From NCBI GenBank assembly GCA_003559375.1, contig PWLN01000208.1:1-58725 (forward strand): a stretch of 58,725 nt of DNA, written 5' to 3'. The notes under the pieces were generated by a model. It saw only the letters and a list, made by a program, of their open reading frames with translations, searched no databases and was not told the origin of the DNA. Position 1 is the first letter of the stretch. Every line of letters starts with the position of its first letter. Below, one piece after another: positions 1 through 9,869 of this stretch. The DNA comes from Balneolaceae bacterium. GTDB lineage: Bacteria; Bacteroidota; Rhodothermia; Balneolales; Balneolaceae. The position numbers and the translations under genes are program-made.

Positions 1-114
1 CTTCCGATCTTTTCAATTTCTGCTTCAACAGAAACACTTGCCTGATTTGATAAAATTTGTTCAGTTGTAAATTTTATACTTCGAATTGCTACTTCTTGAT
101 AAGCTTCTATTCTT

Positions 115-1377
115 GTGCTGCCCATACTTTTCTATTCCACTTTTTGGTTCAAGAGTAAAGTTCGTGTAGCATTTCTTGAAGTACGTGACCAGATTGCAAG
201 ACTTAACTCTTTCGCACAGGAGCATATTAATGGAATGGCAATAGTTCAGCTTTTTAACCGGGAAGAGAAGCAAAAAGACAAGTATAAAAATATTAACACT
301 GATCATAAAAACGCACATGTCAAAACAATATTCTACTTTTCTATTTTTTGGCCTTTAGTTGAAGTACTCGCAAGCTTTGCAATGGCACTTGTTGTTTGGT
401 ACGGAGGTGCACGCGCATTGATGGATGGAGTTACTTTTGGTGTACTCCTGGCTTTTATTCAGTATGTGAGACAGTTTTTTGACCCTATCAGAGGGTTGTC
501 AGAAAAATATAATACACTACAATCTGCACTGGCTTCTTCAGAACGCATATTTAATGTTCTGGATACTCCAAACGATGTAATTGAAAGCAAGAACCCGATT
601 GAGCTCGTGCAGCCGGAAGGAAAAATTGAATTTGATCGTGTCAATTTTAGGTATAATGAAGATGATCAATGGGTGATTAATGATGTTTCATTTGAAGTTA
701 ATCCGGGTGAGCTTCTGGCAATTGTTGGTGCTACAGGTGCCGGGAAAACAACAATTGTTAATCTGTTATTGAGATTCTACGACATTCAGCAGGGTAAGAT
801 ATTACTTGATGGTGTTGATATACGTGATTTGTCATTAGATGCACTCAGATCCAATTTTGGGCTTGTACTTCAGGATAATGCATTATTCTCTGGTACTGTA
901 CATGACAACATCACATTGGGTAATGAAAAGATTTCGAGAGAACAGGTTATTGCAGCTGCAAAAGAGGTAGAAGCTCACCGGTTTATCAGCAAGTTACCGG
1001 GCGGGTATGATTATAAATTGCGAGAGCGTGGGGCATCGTTATCTTTGGGTCAAAAACAGTTAATTTGTTTTGTGAGAGCTATGGTTTATGATCCAAAAAT
1101 TTTAATTTTGGATGAAGCCACTTCCAGCGTTGATTCGGAGACAGAAGAGCTTGTTTCGAAAGCCTGTGAACGGATGATGAAAGGCCGCACGGCAATTGTA
1201 ATTGCGCATCGGCTCTCTACTATTCGTGGGGCAGACAGGATTCTTGTAATGCATAAAGGCAAAATCAGGGAAACTGGCTCACATCAGGAACTCATAGAAA
1301 AAGTAGACGGAATTTATCGTAAATTATATGAGTTACAATACAAAGAGCAGGATATTGGCGTGGCGTCAATTACCTGA
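115..1377 (+). CDS. ABC exporter, fused permease/ATP-binding protein (MsbA-like), 5'-truncated
   Basis: Walker A GATGAGKT, signature LSLGQKQ, Walker B ILILDEATS, H-loop IAHRLS. Only the C-terminal part of the TM domain is present; in-frame stops at 97-102. Confidence 0.9.
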   Translation: MLPILFYSTFWFKSKVRVAFLEVRDQIARLNSFAQEHINGMAIVQLFNREEKQKDKYKNINTDHKNAHVKTIFYFSIFWPLVEVLASFAMALVVWYGGARALMDGVTFGVLLAFIQYVRQFFDPIRGLSEKYNTLQSALASSERIFNVLDTPNDVIESKNPIELVQPEGKIEFDRVNFRYNEDDQWVINDVSFEVNPGELLAIVGATGAGKTTIVNLLLRFYDIQQGKILLDGVDIRDLSLDALRSNFGLVLQDNALFSGTVHDNITLGNEKISREQVIAAAKEVEAHRFISKLPGGYDYKLRERGASLSLGQKQLICFVRAMVYDPKILILDEATSSVDSETEELVSKACERMMKGRTAIVIAHRLSTIRGADRILVMHKGKIRETGSHQELIEKVDGIYRKLYELQYKEQDIGVASIT

Positions 1378-1405
1378 AAAATTAACTAAATACGGAGGAT
1401 GAAAA

Positions 1406-1657
1406 ATGACAGACTTTAAAGCAAAAGAAGAGGAAATCAAAGACACACTCCTCAGAGAAAAAGAAGAACTGAAGAAAACATACTATGAAATAGTTGACAA
1501 GCTCAAAAAAGAAGGTGACAAACTTCAGGGTGATATTCAAAAGGAATATGAAAATGCCCGTAAATACGTTAAACAGCATCCGGAAACAGGCCTGGGCATA
1601 GCTCTTGCCGGTGGTTTGCTGATTGGATTTGCAATCGCAAAAATTTTGAGCAGATAA
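1406..1657 (+). CDS. DUF883/ElaB/YqjD-like tail-anchored small protein
   Basis: Charged helical N-terminus, then YVKQHPETGLGIALAGGLLIG C-terminal TM motif; SD GGAGG at 1394-1398. Confidence 0.75.
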   Translation: MTDFKAKEEEIKDTLLREKEELKKTYYEIVDKLKKEGDKLQGDIQKEYENARKYVKQHPETGLGIALAGGLLIGFAIAKILSR

Positions 1658-1664
1658 TTTACTG

Positions 1665-2790
1665 ATGAGTATCATTCAAACTGAAAAAATAAAAAACCTC
1701 TTTGAGCGCCTTGATGCGCTCAGGAGGTATCTTTGACTACGACAGAAGAAAAGTTCGCATTATAGAACTTCAGGAGGGAACACAGGATCCTGATTTCTGG
1801 AACAATCCCGCTGATGCGCAAAAAATTATGCGTCAGATCGATTTTGAAAAAGATATTACCGGGAAATGGGAAGAACTTGATGAACTGCGCGAAAGTATAA
1901 ATGTATACAGGCAGTTCCTTGATGAAGGCGAACCTGTTGAGAATGAACTTCATAATGAAGTTGAGCAGTTTACTTTGAAACTGAAGGATCTCGAACTTCA
2001 AAACATGCTCAGCGACCCGGATGATCACCGCGATGCAATTGTTACTTTTAATCCTGGTGCCGGCGGAACTGAAAGTCAGGATTGGGGAGTAATGCTGTTT
2101 CGCATGTATACCCGCTGGGCTGAAAAGCGAGGTTATAAAGTATCTGTTGTTGAATACCAGGATGGCGATGTTGCAGGCCTGAAAAGTGCTACTATTGAAG
2201 TGAGCGGAAATAATGCATACGGATTTCTGAAGTCTGAAAGTGGAGTTCATCGCCTTGTCCGCATTTCTCCTTTTGACAGCAACTCACGAAGGCATACTTC
2301 ATTCTGTTCTGTATTCGTATCTCCATTAATTGATGACGCCATCGAGATCAATCTGATTGATTCAGATATTGAATTACAGCGTTTTCATGCGAGTGGTGCA
2401 GGTGGGCAGAATGTAAATAAAGTTGAAACAGGTGTACGGCTGGTATGGACAGGAACTCTTAGTGATGGAACGGAAGAACGGGTTGTTGCTGAGTGTCAGC
2501 AAGAGCGCTCACAGCTGCAAAACCGTGAGAAGGCTATGATCATGTTGAAATCCAAGATTTATGAGCTTGAAAAAAACATCAAGGAACGTGAGAAAATGAA
2601 ACTTGAGAATAGTAAGAGCAGCAATGAGTGGGGTTCACAGATACGTTCCTACGTTTTTCATCCCTATAACATGGTTAAAGACCACCGTACCGATTTTGAA
2701 ACTGCCGATGTTCAGGGGGTAATGGATGGAAGCCTGGACGAATTTATGAAAGCTTACCTGTTGATTCAATCTGCAACAGTTTCCTCATGA
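1665..2790 (+). CDS. prfB: Peptide chain release factor 2 (programmed +1 frameshift)
   Basis: ATG 1665 reads MSIIQTEKIKNLFERLDALRRYL to CTT-TGA (1731-1736); the +1 frame continues DYDRRK... and carries SPF and GGQ motifs. Confidence 0.97.
1722..1737 (+). promoter_or_regulatory. prfB programmed frameshift site (internal SD plus CTT TGA C)
   Basis: Sequence AGGAGG TAT CTT TGA C is the canonical RF2 autoregulatory site. Confidence 0.96.
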
Positions 2791-3410
2791 TAAAGGTAGG
2801 TGTGACAGGTGCGATCGGATCCGGTAAAACCACGGTTTGCAGGATTTGGGAGCAGCTTGGTGCAGCTATATACTTTGCCGATGACGAAGCCAAAAAACTG
2901 ATGGTGACTGATGAAAAAATCCGGGCATCACTTACCCAAACATTTGGCCCGGATACATATACCAGTGATGGAAGCCTGAATAAGCCTCATCTGATACGGG
3001 AAGCTTTTGAAAAAGGAAGGGTAGCTGAATTAAATGCGATTGTGCATCCGGCTGTAGCTGCCGGGTTTGTAACTTTTTGCAGAAAATCGGAAAAACAGGG
3101 AGTATCTGTTGTAGTAAAGGAAGCAGCACTGCTTTTGAATAATGGCCGGCCCAAGAACCTGGATATTATTGTTATCGTGGAGTCTGACAGAAATGAAAGG
3201 CTAAAACGAGTAGTAAACCGAGACAGCGTTGATGATTCGAAATTTAACGATCGCGATGAAAAACAACCGGATTTTGAACGTTTACACCATCTTGCAGATG
3301 AAATTCTTCTGAATAACGGTACATTAGAGGAACTGGAAGAGAAATCGAGTAAATTGTTCAAAAAGATACATTCCTTCAATCTTCAAAACCGATCATCATT
3401 CCCTCGGTAA
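2787..3410 (+). CDS. coaE: Dephospho-CoA kinase
   Basis: N-terminal VGVTGAIGSGKTT, ADDEAK and LNAIVHP motifs; ATGA overlap with the prfB stop. Confidence 0.95.
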   Translation: MIKVGVTGAIGSGKTTVCRIWEQLGAAIYFADDEAKKLMVTDEKIRASLTQTFGPDTYTSDGSLNKPHLIREAFEKGRVAELNAIVHPAVAAGFVTFCRKSEKQGVSVVVKEAALLLNNGRPKNLDIIVIVESDRNERLKRVVNRDSVDDSKFNDRDEKQPDFERLHHLADEILLNNGTLEELEEKSSKLFKKIHSFNLQNRSSFPR

Positions 3411-3852
3411 TATCGTGTCTTAAAGTATAACCTGCATTAACTTCAACCACGTACCTGGCAGGCTCTTCCGACCTGAAGCTTTGGTGTGAAAATGGGGCAG
3501 TATTTCGATGGATTCGCACAATCTCAAGATCCGAATTGGCAAAGATAATATCCAGAGGTATAGGCGTATTGGCCATCCAGAAACTTCGTGGTTCATCACC
3601 ATCAAAAATAAAAAGCATACCTGAATTCTCAGGCAGATTGTGTACGTCCATCAGTCCTTCACTTCTTGTATGGTCATCATCCGCTATTGCTACCTGAACC
3701 GTTGAAATAATCTCTCCGCCGTGTGAGAGAAAAGAAACTTCAGATGTGAAATTAAGCTCTCGTGAAGGTCTTTGAAGTTCGGTAGTTTCACGGTCGGGAC
3801 TGCCACAAGATGTAATTATCAAAACAAATAAAATTAAGAATATGCGAATCAT
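3376..3852 (-). CDS. DUF192 domain lipoprotein
   Basis: Lipobox ITSC; GLM...GMLFIF...FWMANT.IPLDIIF and YVVEVNAG motifs. Start moved to ATG 3852. Confidence 0.9.
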   Translation of the reverse strand: MIRIFLILFVLIITSCGSPDRETTELQRPSRELNFTSEVSFLSHGGEIISTVQVAIADDDHTRSEGLMDVHNLPENSGMLFIFDGDEPRSFWMANTPIPLDIIFANSDLEIVRIHRNTAPFSHQSFRSEEPARYVVEVNAGYTLRHDITEGMMIGFED

Positions 3853-3987
3853 GATAAAAAAATTTATGGTGATAGGGTGGTTCAAATTGTCATTAGTTTT
3901 GAAAGCCGGTAAATAAGGTTTGGCAACTTATTAATCAAATCCTGGTGGTTGTAATTTTAAGCATTTTCACTTATTTTTCAAGCCTTG

Positions 3988-4020
3988 AAAGTGAGCGCCG
4001 GGAGGTACTCACTTTTTTTT
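3988..4020 (+). promoter_or_regulatory. Terminator-like leader hairpin upstream of rimP-nusA-infB
   Basis: aaagtgagcgcc-GGGA-ggtactcacttt followed by a T run, ending 23 nt before the rimP ATG; no + strand gene ends here. Confidence 0.65.
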
Positions 4021-4043
4021 GTATTTAGCGACAATAAGATTCT

Positions 4044-4505
4044 ATGAATAACAAGGATTTAGATATCATAAAAAAGATTGCTGGCCCGGTAGTTGAAAAA
4101 GCTGGTTTATTTTTATTGGATGTTGAAATCAAACATCAGAAAATACCCGAGCTATGGGTTCTGGTAGAATCAGAGCATGGTGGGGTGGATCTTGATTCTT
4201 GTTCAAAGATCAGTAATGAACTTGGAATTGAACTTGAAGCGCTCGATTCATTTCAGAGTCGATACCGGTTGAATGTTTCTTCACCAGGGCTATCGCGTCC
4301 TCTTAGTGACAAACGGCAGTTTGCAAAAAATAAGGGACGTACTGCAAAGGTAAAATATTCAATAGAAGATAATTATTACTCCATTGAAGGAGTTATTAAG
4401 GATGTTATAGACGATCAAATTATCATTGAAAAACAAAATGGTAGCCAGTTGGCACTTTCATTTGAATCACTTGTTGAGACGAAGATTGTCCCAAAATTTA
4501 GCTGA
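4044..4505 (+). CDS. rimP: Ribosome maturation factor RimP
   Basis: GVDLDSC and Y.LNVSSPGLSRPL motifs; directly upstream of nusA. Confidence 0.95.
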   Translation: MNNKDLDIIKKIAGPVVEKAGLFLLDVEIKHQKIPELWVLVESEHGGVDLDSCSKISNELGIELEALDSFQSRYRLNVSSPGLSRPLSDKRQFAKNKGRTAKVKYSIEDNYYSIEGVIKDVIDDQIIIEKQNGSQLALSFESLVETKIVPKFS

Positions 4506-4529
4506 ATAACTTACTAATAGAAATTTTTG

Positions 4530-5789
4530 ATGCAAAACGATATTTCAAGACTCATTATTCAATCTTTTGCCGAGATTGCAAAGGATAAAGGAATAGATAA
4601 ATCTATGCTTTTAACAATTCTTGAGGATGTTTTCCGTACAATGATCCGCAAGAAATATGAATCAGACGAATCATTTGAAGTTATTCTGAATGCTGACAGG
4701 GGAGAGATTCAGATTTTGCATATTCGTGAAGTTGTTCCTGCTGATGAATTAACCGACCCTGTTCAGGAAATATCGCTTGAAGAAGCACAAAAACATGATC
4801 CTGATCTTGAGCTTTATGATGAGTTTGCTCAGGAAATTTCCATTACAGATTTTGGCCGGCGAGCCGTAACAATGGCCCGGCAGCAGCTTGCACAGCGTAT
4901 TAGGGAAATCGAAAAAGACAATATTTTTGAAGATTATACCGATCGTGTGGGAGAAATTGTACTGGGTGATGTTTACCAGGTACGCAGCAACAAGGATATT
5001 CTTGTAAACCATAACGGAGTGGAACTTTTACTTCCCAAAAATGAGCAAATATATAAAGACAGATATCGAAAAGGCGACACTATTCGCGCTGTTGTTATTG
5101 AAGTAAAAAGGCATGGTGGTAACCCTACTGTGGTTATTTCACGAACTTCGCCCCTTTTTCTTGAACGACTATTTGAAAATGAAATCCCTGAAGTATTTGA
5201 TGGTATTATTGAACTCAAAAGAATTGCACGTGAACCCGGAGACCGCTCAAAGGTGGCTGTGATATCGCATGATGATCGCGTTGATCCGGTTGGCGCATGT
5301 GTAGGCATGAAAGGCATCCGTATACATGCTGTTGTAAGAGAATTACAGAATGAAAATATTGATGTAATCAATTTTAGTGATGATAAAGTAGAATTTATCA
5401 AAAGGGCACTTCAGCCGGCGAAAGTCTTAAAAGTGGAATTGAGTGAAGATGGAAGCCGTGCAAGTGTGTTAGTACCTGCCGATGAAGTATCGAAGGCGAT
5501 AGGAAAAGGCGGGGTGAATATCAGGCTGGCTTCAAAACTTGTTGGTTGTGAAATTGATGTATTCAGGGAAGTTGAAGAAGAAGATGATATTGAAATCTCA
5601 GAATTTGAAGTGGATTTTGGCCAGGAAACAATTGCTGTGCTTAAAGAAATTGGCTGCGACAGCGCCCGCTCAGTTCTTGACCTGAACGAAGAGGAAATTG
5701 TCAGAAGAACAGCAGGACGAATTTCCCTCGAGGAAGCTGAGCGTATTATTGACATTATTGCATATGAATTTGAGGACGAAGAAGATTGA
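4530..5789 (+). CDS. nusA: Transcription termination/antitermination factor NusA
   Basis: FGRRA, AREPGDRSKVAV, DPVGACVGMKG and AIGKGGVNIRLA motifs. An alternative TTG start lies at 4527. Confidence 0.98.
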   Translation: MQNDISRLIIQSFAEIAKDKGIDKSMLLTILEDVFRTMIRKKYESDESFEVILNADRGEIQILHIREVVPADELTDPVQEISLEEAQKHDPDLELYDEFAQEISITDFGRRAVTMARQQLAQRIREIEKDNIFEDYTDRVGEIVLGDVYQVRSNKDILVNHNGVELLLPKNEQIYKDRYRKGDTIRAVVIEVKRHGGNPTVVISRTSPLFLERLFENEIPEVFDGIIELKRIAREPGDRSKVAVISHDDRVDPVGACVGMKGIRIHAVVRELQNENIDVINFSDDKVEFIKRALQPAKVLKVELSEDGSRASVLVPADEVSKAIGKGGVNIRLASKLVGCEIDVFREVEEEDDIEISEFEVDFGQETIAVLKEIGCDSARSVLDLNEEEIVRRTAGRISLEEAERIIDIIAYEFEDEED

Positions 5790-5849
5790 TTGTACCTTTA
5801 GCTTATCAATCTGATATTTTTTTTGATTAATCGACGTTAAACACCATTT

Positions 5850-8648
5850 ATGACCAATCCGAGACCAAAAAAGCTTTTTAAAGTTGCATCAGAATTTAAT
5901 GTTGCAACCCAGTCTATAGTAGATACACTGGGTGAACATGGATTTGATGTAGCCAACAGGCCCAATTCTAACATTACACAGGAAATGTATGATGTACTGG
6001 ATGGCGTATATGGCGTTGACAAAGAAAAGAGCAGGGAACATGAAAGAAAGAGAGAGGAATATGAAAGCCGGCGAAGCCAGATAATTTCCAATCAAAATGA
6101 AGCCGTTACCATAGATAATTTTCTCGAGCCTATCGATGAATTACCGCTGGAGCCTGAAGAGGAGTTAATCCCGGAAATTTCTCTTGAGCCGATAGAGCCA
6201 GAGCCAGAGCCAGAGCCAGAAGCAGAGGCAGAGCCAGAAGAAATAACAGAAGAAGTTGATGATACGGTTGACGAAGAACCCGAACCGGAAGATGCCAAAG
6301 AGCATTCTCCGGATAAAGAGATAGTCGTTACTGAAGAACCAGTTCAGAAGGAAGAAATACCCGATGAGACGGATTTCGAAGATGATGAAGAAGATGAAGA
6401 AGAAGAATATGAAGAGGAAGAGGATGAGGCCGATAGTGAAGATATTGATGATGAAGATCAGCAACCAGAAGTAAAGGAGGAAACGGATGACAAAGAGGAA
6501 ATCGTAAGAGGAAGAGCTGATAAACTTAGCGGCACAAAGGTACTTGGTAAAGTAGAATTTTCTCGCGATACCGTTAAAAAGCGAAAAACCAGGAAACGAA
6601 GAAAAGACAGGACAGAAAGTGATGAGGTACCTGCTCGTAAGGAGAAGCAAAAAACCAAGGAAATTGCTGACCAGCCTGCGAAGAAAACCAAAAAGAAAAA
6701 ACCAAAGCGCAGCACAACAAAAGTTGATGAAGAGGACGTTGAAAAGAAAATGCGTGAAACGCTGCAGCGGCTTCAAACCGGCGGCACTGTAGGAAGCAAG
6801 AGGCAAAAACGAAGACGCCAGCGGAAAGAGGAGCGCGAAGAAGAACGCGCAATCATGGAGGAAATGGATCAACTCGAAAACCAGGTGATTGAGGTTACAG
6901 AATTTATTACTGTGAGCGACCTTGCCGATCTTCTTGATGTAAAACCAACCGATATCATCACCACATGTATGAATCTTGGTATGATGGTATCAATAAATCA
7001 ACGGCTTGATGCTTCTGCCATTGAATTGGTTGCTGCCGAATATGATTTTGATGTAGATTTTGTTGATGCAGATGAGATGATCGAGGAAGAGCTTCAAATT
7101 GAACCCGACGATCCTGAAAACCTGGAACCGCGCTCACCCATCATTACCGTTATGGGGCACGTTGACCATGGAAAAACCTCATTGCTCGACTACATCAGAA
7201 AGACGAAAGTTGCTGCAGGTGAAGCGGGGGGAATTACCCAGCATGTGGGCGCATATGAAGTTATAACTGATTCAGGTAAAAAAATTACTTTCCTCGATAC
7301 ACCGGGCCACGAAGCTTTTACTGCGATGAGAAGCCGCGGCGCCCAGGCAACCGATATTGTTATTCTCGTTGTAGCTGCCGATGATGCTGTTATGCCTCAA
7401 ACGATTGAAGCTATTAATCATGCTAAAGCTGCAAATGTGGCTATTGTTGTAGCAATTAACAAAATGGATAAAGACGGTGCAAACCCCGCCAAAATCAAGC
7501 AGCAGTTATCAGAGTACGGGGTAATTGTTGAAGAATATGGCGGAACTAACCAGGTTGCTGAAGTATCTGCACATACAGGGGCAGGAATCGATGAGTTGCT
7601 TGAAAAAGTACTGATCGAAGCTGAATTAATGGAACTAAAGGCTAACCCTAACCGCCTTGCACAGGGTATTGTACTTGAATCAAGGGTTGATAAAGGCAAA
7701 GGAATTGTCGCGAATGTACTGATACAAAACGGTACATTAAATATTGGTGATCCCTTTGTAGCAGGCTCTGTTTTTGGGCGAATAAGGGCAATGGAAAATG
7801 AACATGGCAAGCGCCTGAAAGATGCAGGCCCTTCAGTGCCGGTTCAGCTTACAGGTTTTACCGATTCCCCGCAGGCAGGAGACAAACTCATTGTAGCCCA
7901 TGATGAAAAAACCGCAAAAGATATCGCCAATCAACGGCAGCAAATCAGGCGTGAGCAGACATTGAGGAAAGTGAAACATCTTACTCTTGATGATCTGTCC
8001 AGAAGAATGGCGCTTGGCGAAGTTTCTGAACTTAATATAATCATTAAGGCAGATGTTGATGGTTCTATCGAAGCATTGTCTGGCGCACTACAAAAATTGA
8101 GTACAGAAGAAGTTAGTGTTAGTATTATCCACACAGGTTCAGGGGCAATTACCGAATCAGATGTTCTGCTTGCATCAGCATCTAATGCGATTATCATCGG
8201 ATTCCAGGTGAGGCCTACTTCTAATGCAAGAAAACTTGCAGAGAATGAAAGTATCGATGTTCGACTGTTCAGTGTAATTTACGATGCTGTTGATGAAGTT
8301 CATGATGCTCTTGAAGGATTGCTGCGACCTGAATTGAAAGAGGAAATGAAAGGGCTTGTAACCGTAAGAGAAGTATTTAAAATTTCTAAAGTCGGAACCA
8401 TTGCAGGTTGTTATGTAACAGAAGGAAAGGTAAACAGAAACAATCCTATTCGCATCATTCGCGATGGCGTGGTTATCTATGAAGGTGAAATCGACTCATT
8501 GAAACGTTTCAAAGAAGATGTAAGGGAAGTACAATCGGGTTACGAATGTGGTATCAGTATAGTGAATTTCAATGATATAAAGGTTGGAGACGAAATCGAG
8601 AGCTATGAAGTGGTAGAGCAAAAACGTAAACTCGAAGACGCAAAATAA
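5850..8648 (+). CDS. infB: Translation initiation factor IF-2
   Basis: [17 protein letters not shown] and NKMD G-domain motifs; long acidic-then-basic N-terminal region. Confidence 0.99.
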   Translation: MTNPRPKKLFKVASEFNVATQSIVDTLGEHGFDVANRPNSNITQEMYDVLDGVYGVDKEKSREHERKREEYESRRSQIISNQNEAVTIDNFLEPIDELPLEPEEELIPEISLEPIEPEPEPEPEAEAEPEEITEEVDDTVDEEPEPEDAKEHSPDKEIVVTEEPVQKEEIPDETDFEDDEEDEEEEYEEEEDEADSEDIDDEDQQPEVKEETDDKEEIVRGRADKLSGTKVLGKVEFSRDTVKKRKTRKRRKDRTESDEVPARKEKQKTKEIADQPAKKTKKKKPKRSTTKVDEEDVEKKMRETLQRLQTGGTVGSKRQKRRRQRKEEREEERAIMEEMDQLENQVIEVTEFITVSDLADLLDVKPTDIITTCMNLGMMVSINQRLDASAIELVAAEYDFDVDFVDADEMIEEELQIEPDDPENLEPRSPIITVMGHVDHGKTSLLDYIRKTKVAAGEAGGITQHVGAYEVITDSGKKITFLDTPGHEAFTAMRSRGAQATDIVILVVAADDAVMPQTIEAINHAKAANVAIVVAINKMDKDGANPAKIKQQLSEYGVIVEEYGGTNQVAEVSAHTGAGIDELLEKVLIEAELMELKANPNRLAQGIVLESRVDKGKGIVANVLIQNGTLNIGDPFVAGSVFGRIRAMENEHGKRLKDAGPSVPVQLTGFTDSPQAGDKLIVAHDEKTAKDIANQRQQIRREQTLRKVKHLTLDDLSRRMALGEVSELNIIIKADVDGSIEALSGALQKLSTEEVSVSIIHTGSGAITESDVLLASASNAIIIGFQVRPTSNARKLAENESIDVRLFSVIYDAVDEVHDALEGLLRPELKEEMKGLVTVREVFKISKVGTIAGCYVTEGKVNRNNPIRIIRDGVVIYEGEIDSLKRFKEDVREVQSGYECGISIVNFNDIKVGDEIESYEVVEQKRKLEDAK
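6195..6236 (+). repeat. In-frame hexamer tandem repeat (GAGCCA)n in infB
   Basis: gagcca x4, gaagca, gaggca, gagcca, encoding [14 protein letters not shown]. Confidence 0.85.
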
Positions 8649-8718
8649 AACGTTACTTTACATTCAATATCCCAATTTTCCCGGGTAATTATTTATTTAA
8701 GCGAAAAAAACAAATGAA

Positions 8719-9108
8719 ATGGGCATCCGAACCGAAAAGCTGGCATCTGTAATCAAAAAAGATATCGGAGAAATATTACAGAGACATTACCAACCACCGG
8801 GAACATTTATCACGGTTACACAAGTTCGAATGACAGACGACCTCTCAATTGCTAAAATTTATCTGAGCGTTTTTTCTCCTGGCCGTGATGATAAACCTAT
8901 ATACAGTCAAATTGATGATCACCAGTCTGAAATCAGATTTCTGTTAGCTTCCAAAATAAAAAATCAGGTAAGAAGAATTCCCGAATTGTTATTCTTTCAG
9001 GATAACACATCTGAATACGTTAATAGAATCGAGGAACTCTTTTCAAAAGTAAGAACAGAAACTCCACCTGATGACAAAAAAAAAACTCCAAAAAATAACG
9101 ATGATTGA
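8719..9108 (+). CDS. rbfA: Ribosome-binding factor A
   Basis: ITVTQVRMTDDLSIAKIYLS and RRIPELLF motifs; synteny. Confidence 0.96.
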   Translation: MGIRTEKLASVIKKDIGEILQRHYQPPGTFITVTQVRMTDDLSIAKIYLSVFSPGRDDKPIYSQIDDHQSEIRFLLASKIKNQVRRIPELLFFQDNTSEYVNRIEELFSKVRTETPPDDKKKTPKNNDD

Positions 9109-9125
9109 AACCGTTGTTTGATACA

Positions 9126-9866
9126 ATGGCCGTCATTCCACCATTAATATCAGATTTCCCTGTCATTACCTGTGAAACAGGATGGCCAGAGAATTCAGAA
9201 ATCTTTCATTCCGGTGCAATCATTCTTCTCGACAAGCCTCTTGATTGGACGAGTTTTGATGTGGTTAAATATGTGCGCAACAGGATACCGGCTAAAAAAG
9301 TTGGGCATGCAGGAACTTTGGATCCACTTGCGACCGGTTTGCTGATTGTGTGCAGCGGGAAGGCAACTAAGGCTATATCGCAAATACAGGATCTCCCTAA
9401 AACATATACAGCAGTTATTCGATTTGGAGCATCCACTCCAAGTTATGACTCTGCTACTGAACCAGATCATACTGCCAACTGGTCGCATATTACAGAATCA
9501 GGTTTAAAAAAATTGATAATTGAAAATTTTATCGGAACCATTGAACAAAAACCTCCACTATATTCAGCAAAAAAAGTTGAAGGTAAAAGGTTATATCAGT
9601 ATGCTCGTGAAGGACAGGAAATAGAGGTAAAAAAAAGGCCGGTTACCATACATCAAATCGAAATTTCAGAAATCAATTTGCCGGATATAACGATAATTGT
9701 ACGCTGTGGAAAAGGAACCTATATTCGATCATTGGCGCATGACATAGGCCTTGGGTTAAACAGCAGGGCATATCTTTCGCAACTAAGAAGAACTGAAACC
9801 GGTCATTTTAATGTTGATCAGGCATTTAAACCTTCATTAATAAATGAGCTGAGAAAACGGAAGTAA
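9126..9866 (+). CDS. truB: tRNA pseudouridine(55) synthase
   Basis: DKPLDWTSFDVV, KVGHAGTLDPLATG and CGKGTYIRSLA motifs. An alternative TTG start lies at 9105. Confidence 0.97.
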   Translation: MAVIPPLISDFPVITCETGWPENSEIFHSGAIILLDKPLDWTSFDVVKYVRNRIPAKKVGHAGTLDPLATGLLIVCSGKATKAISQIQDLPKTYTAVIRFGASTPSYDSATEPDHTANWSHITESGLKKLIIENFIGTIEQKPPLYSAKKVEGKRLYQYAREGQEIEVKKRPVTIHQIEISEINLPDITIIVRCGKGTYIRSLAHDIGLGLNSRAYLSQLRRTETGHFNVDQAFKPSLINELRKRK

Positions 9867-9869
9867 CGA

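Noticed and set aside
1702-1734. ORF-track start of RF2 at TTG 1702 (MSALMRSGGIF)
   Set aside because: This is the +1 frame upstream of the frameshift site; the real start is ATG 1665.
6092-6872. Long antisense ORFs over infB (for example the 235-aa Phe-rich ORF)
   Set aside because: Shadows of the GAA/GAT-rich acidic region. The same applies to the many other antisense ORFs over core genes.
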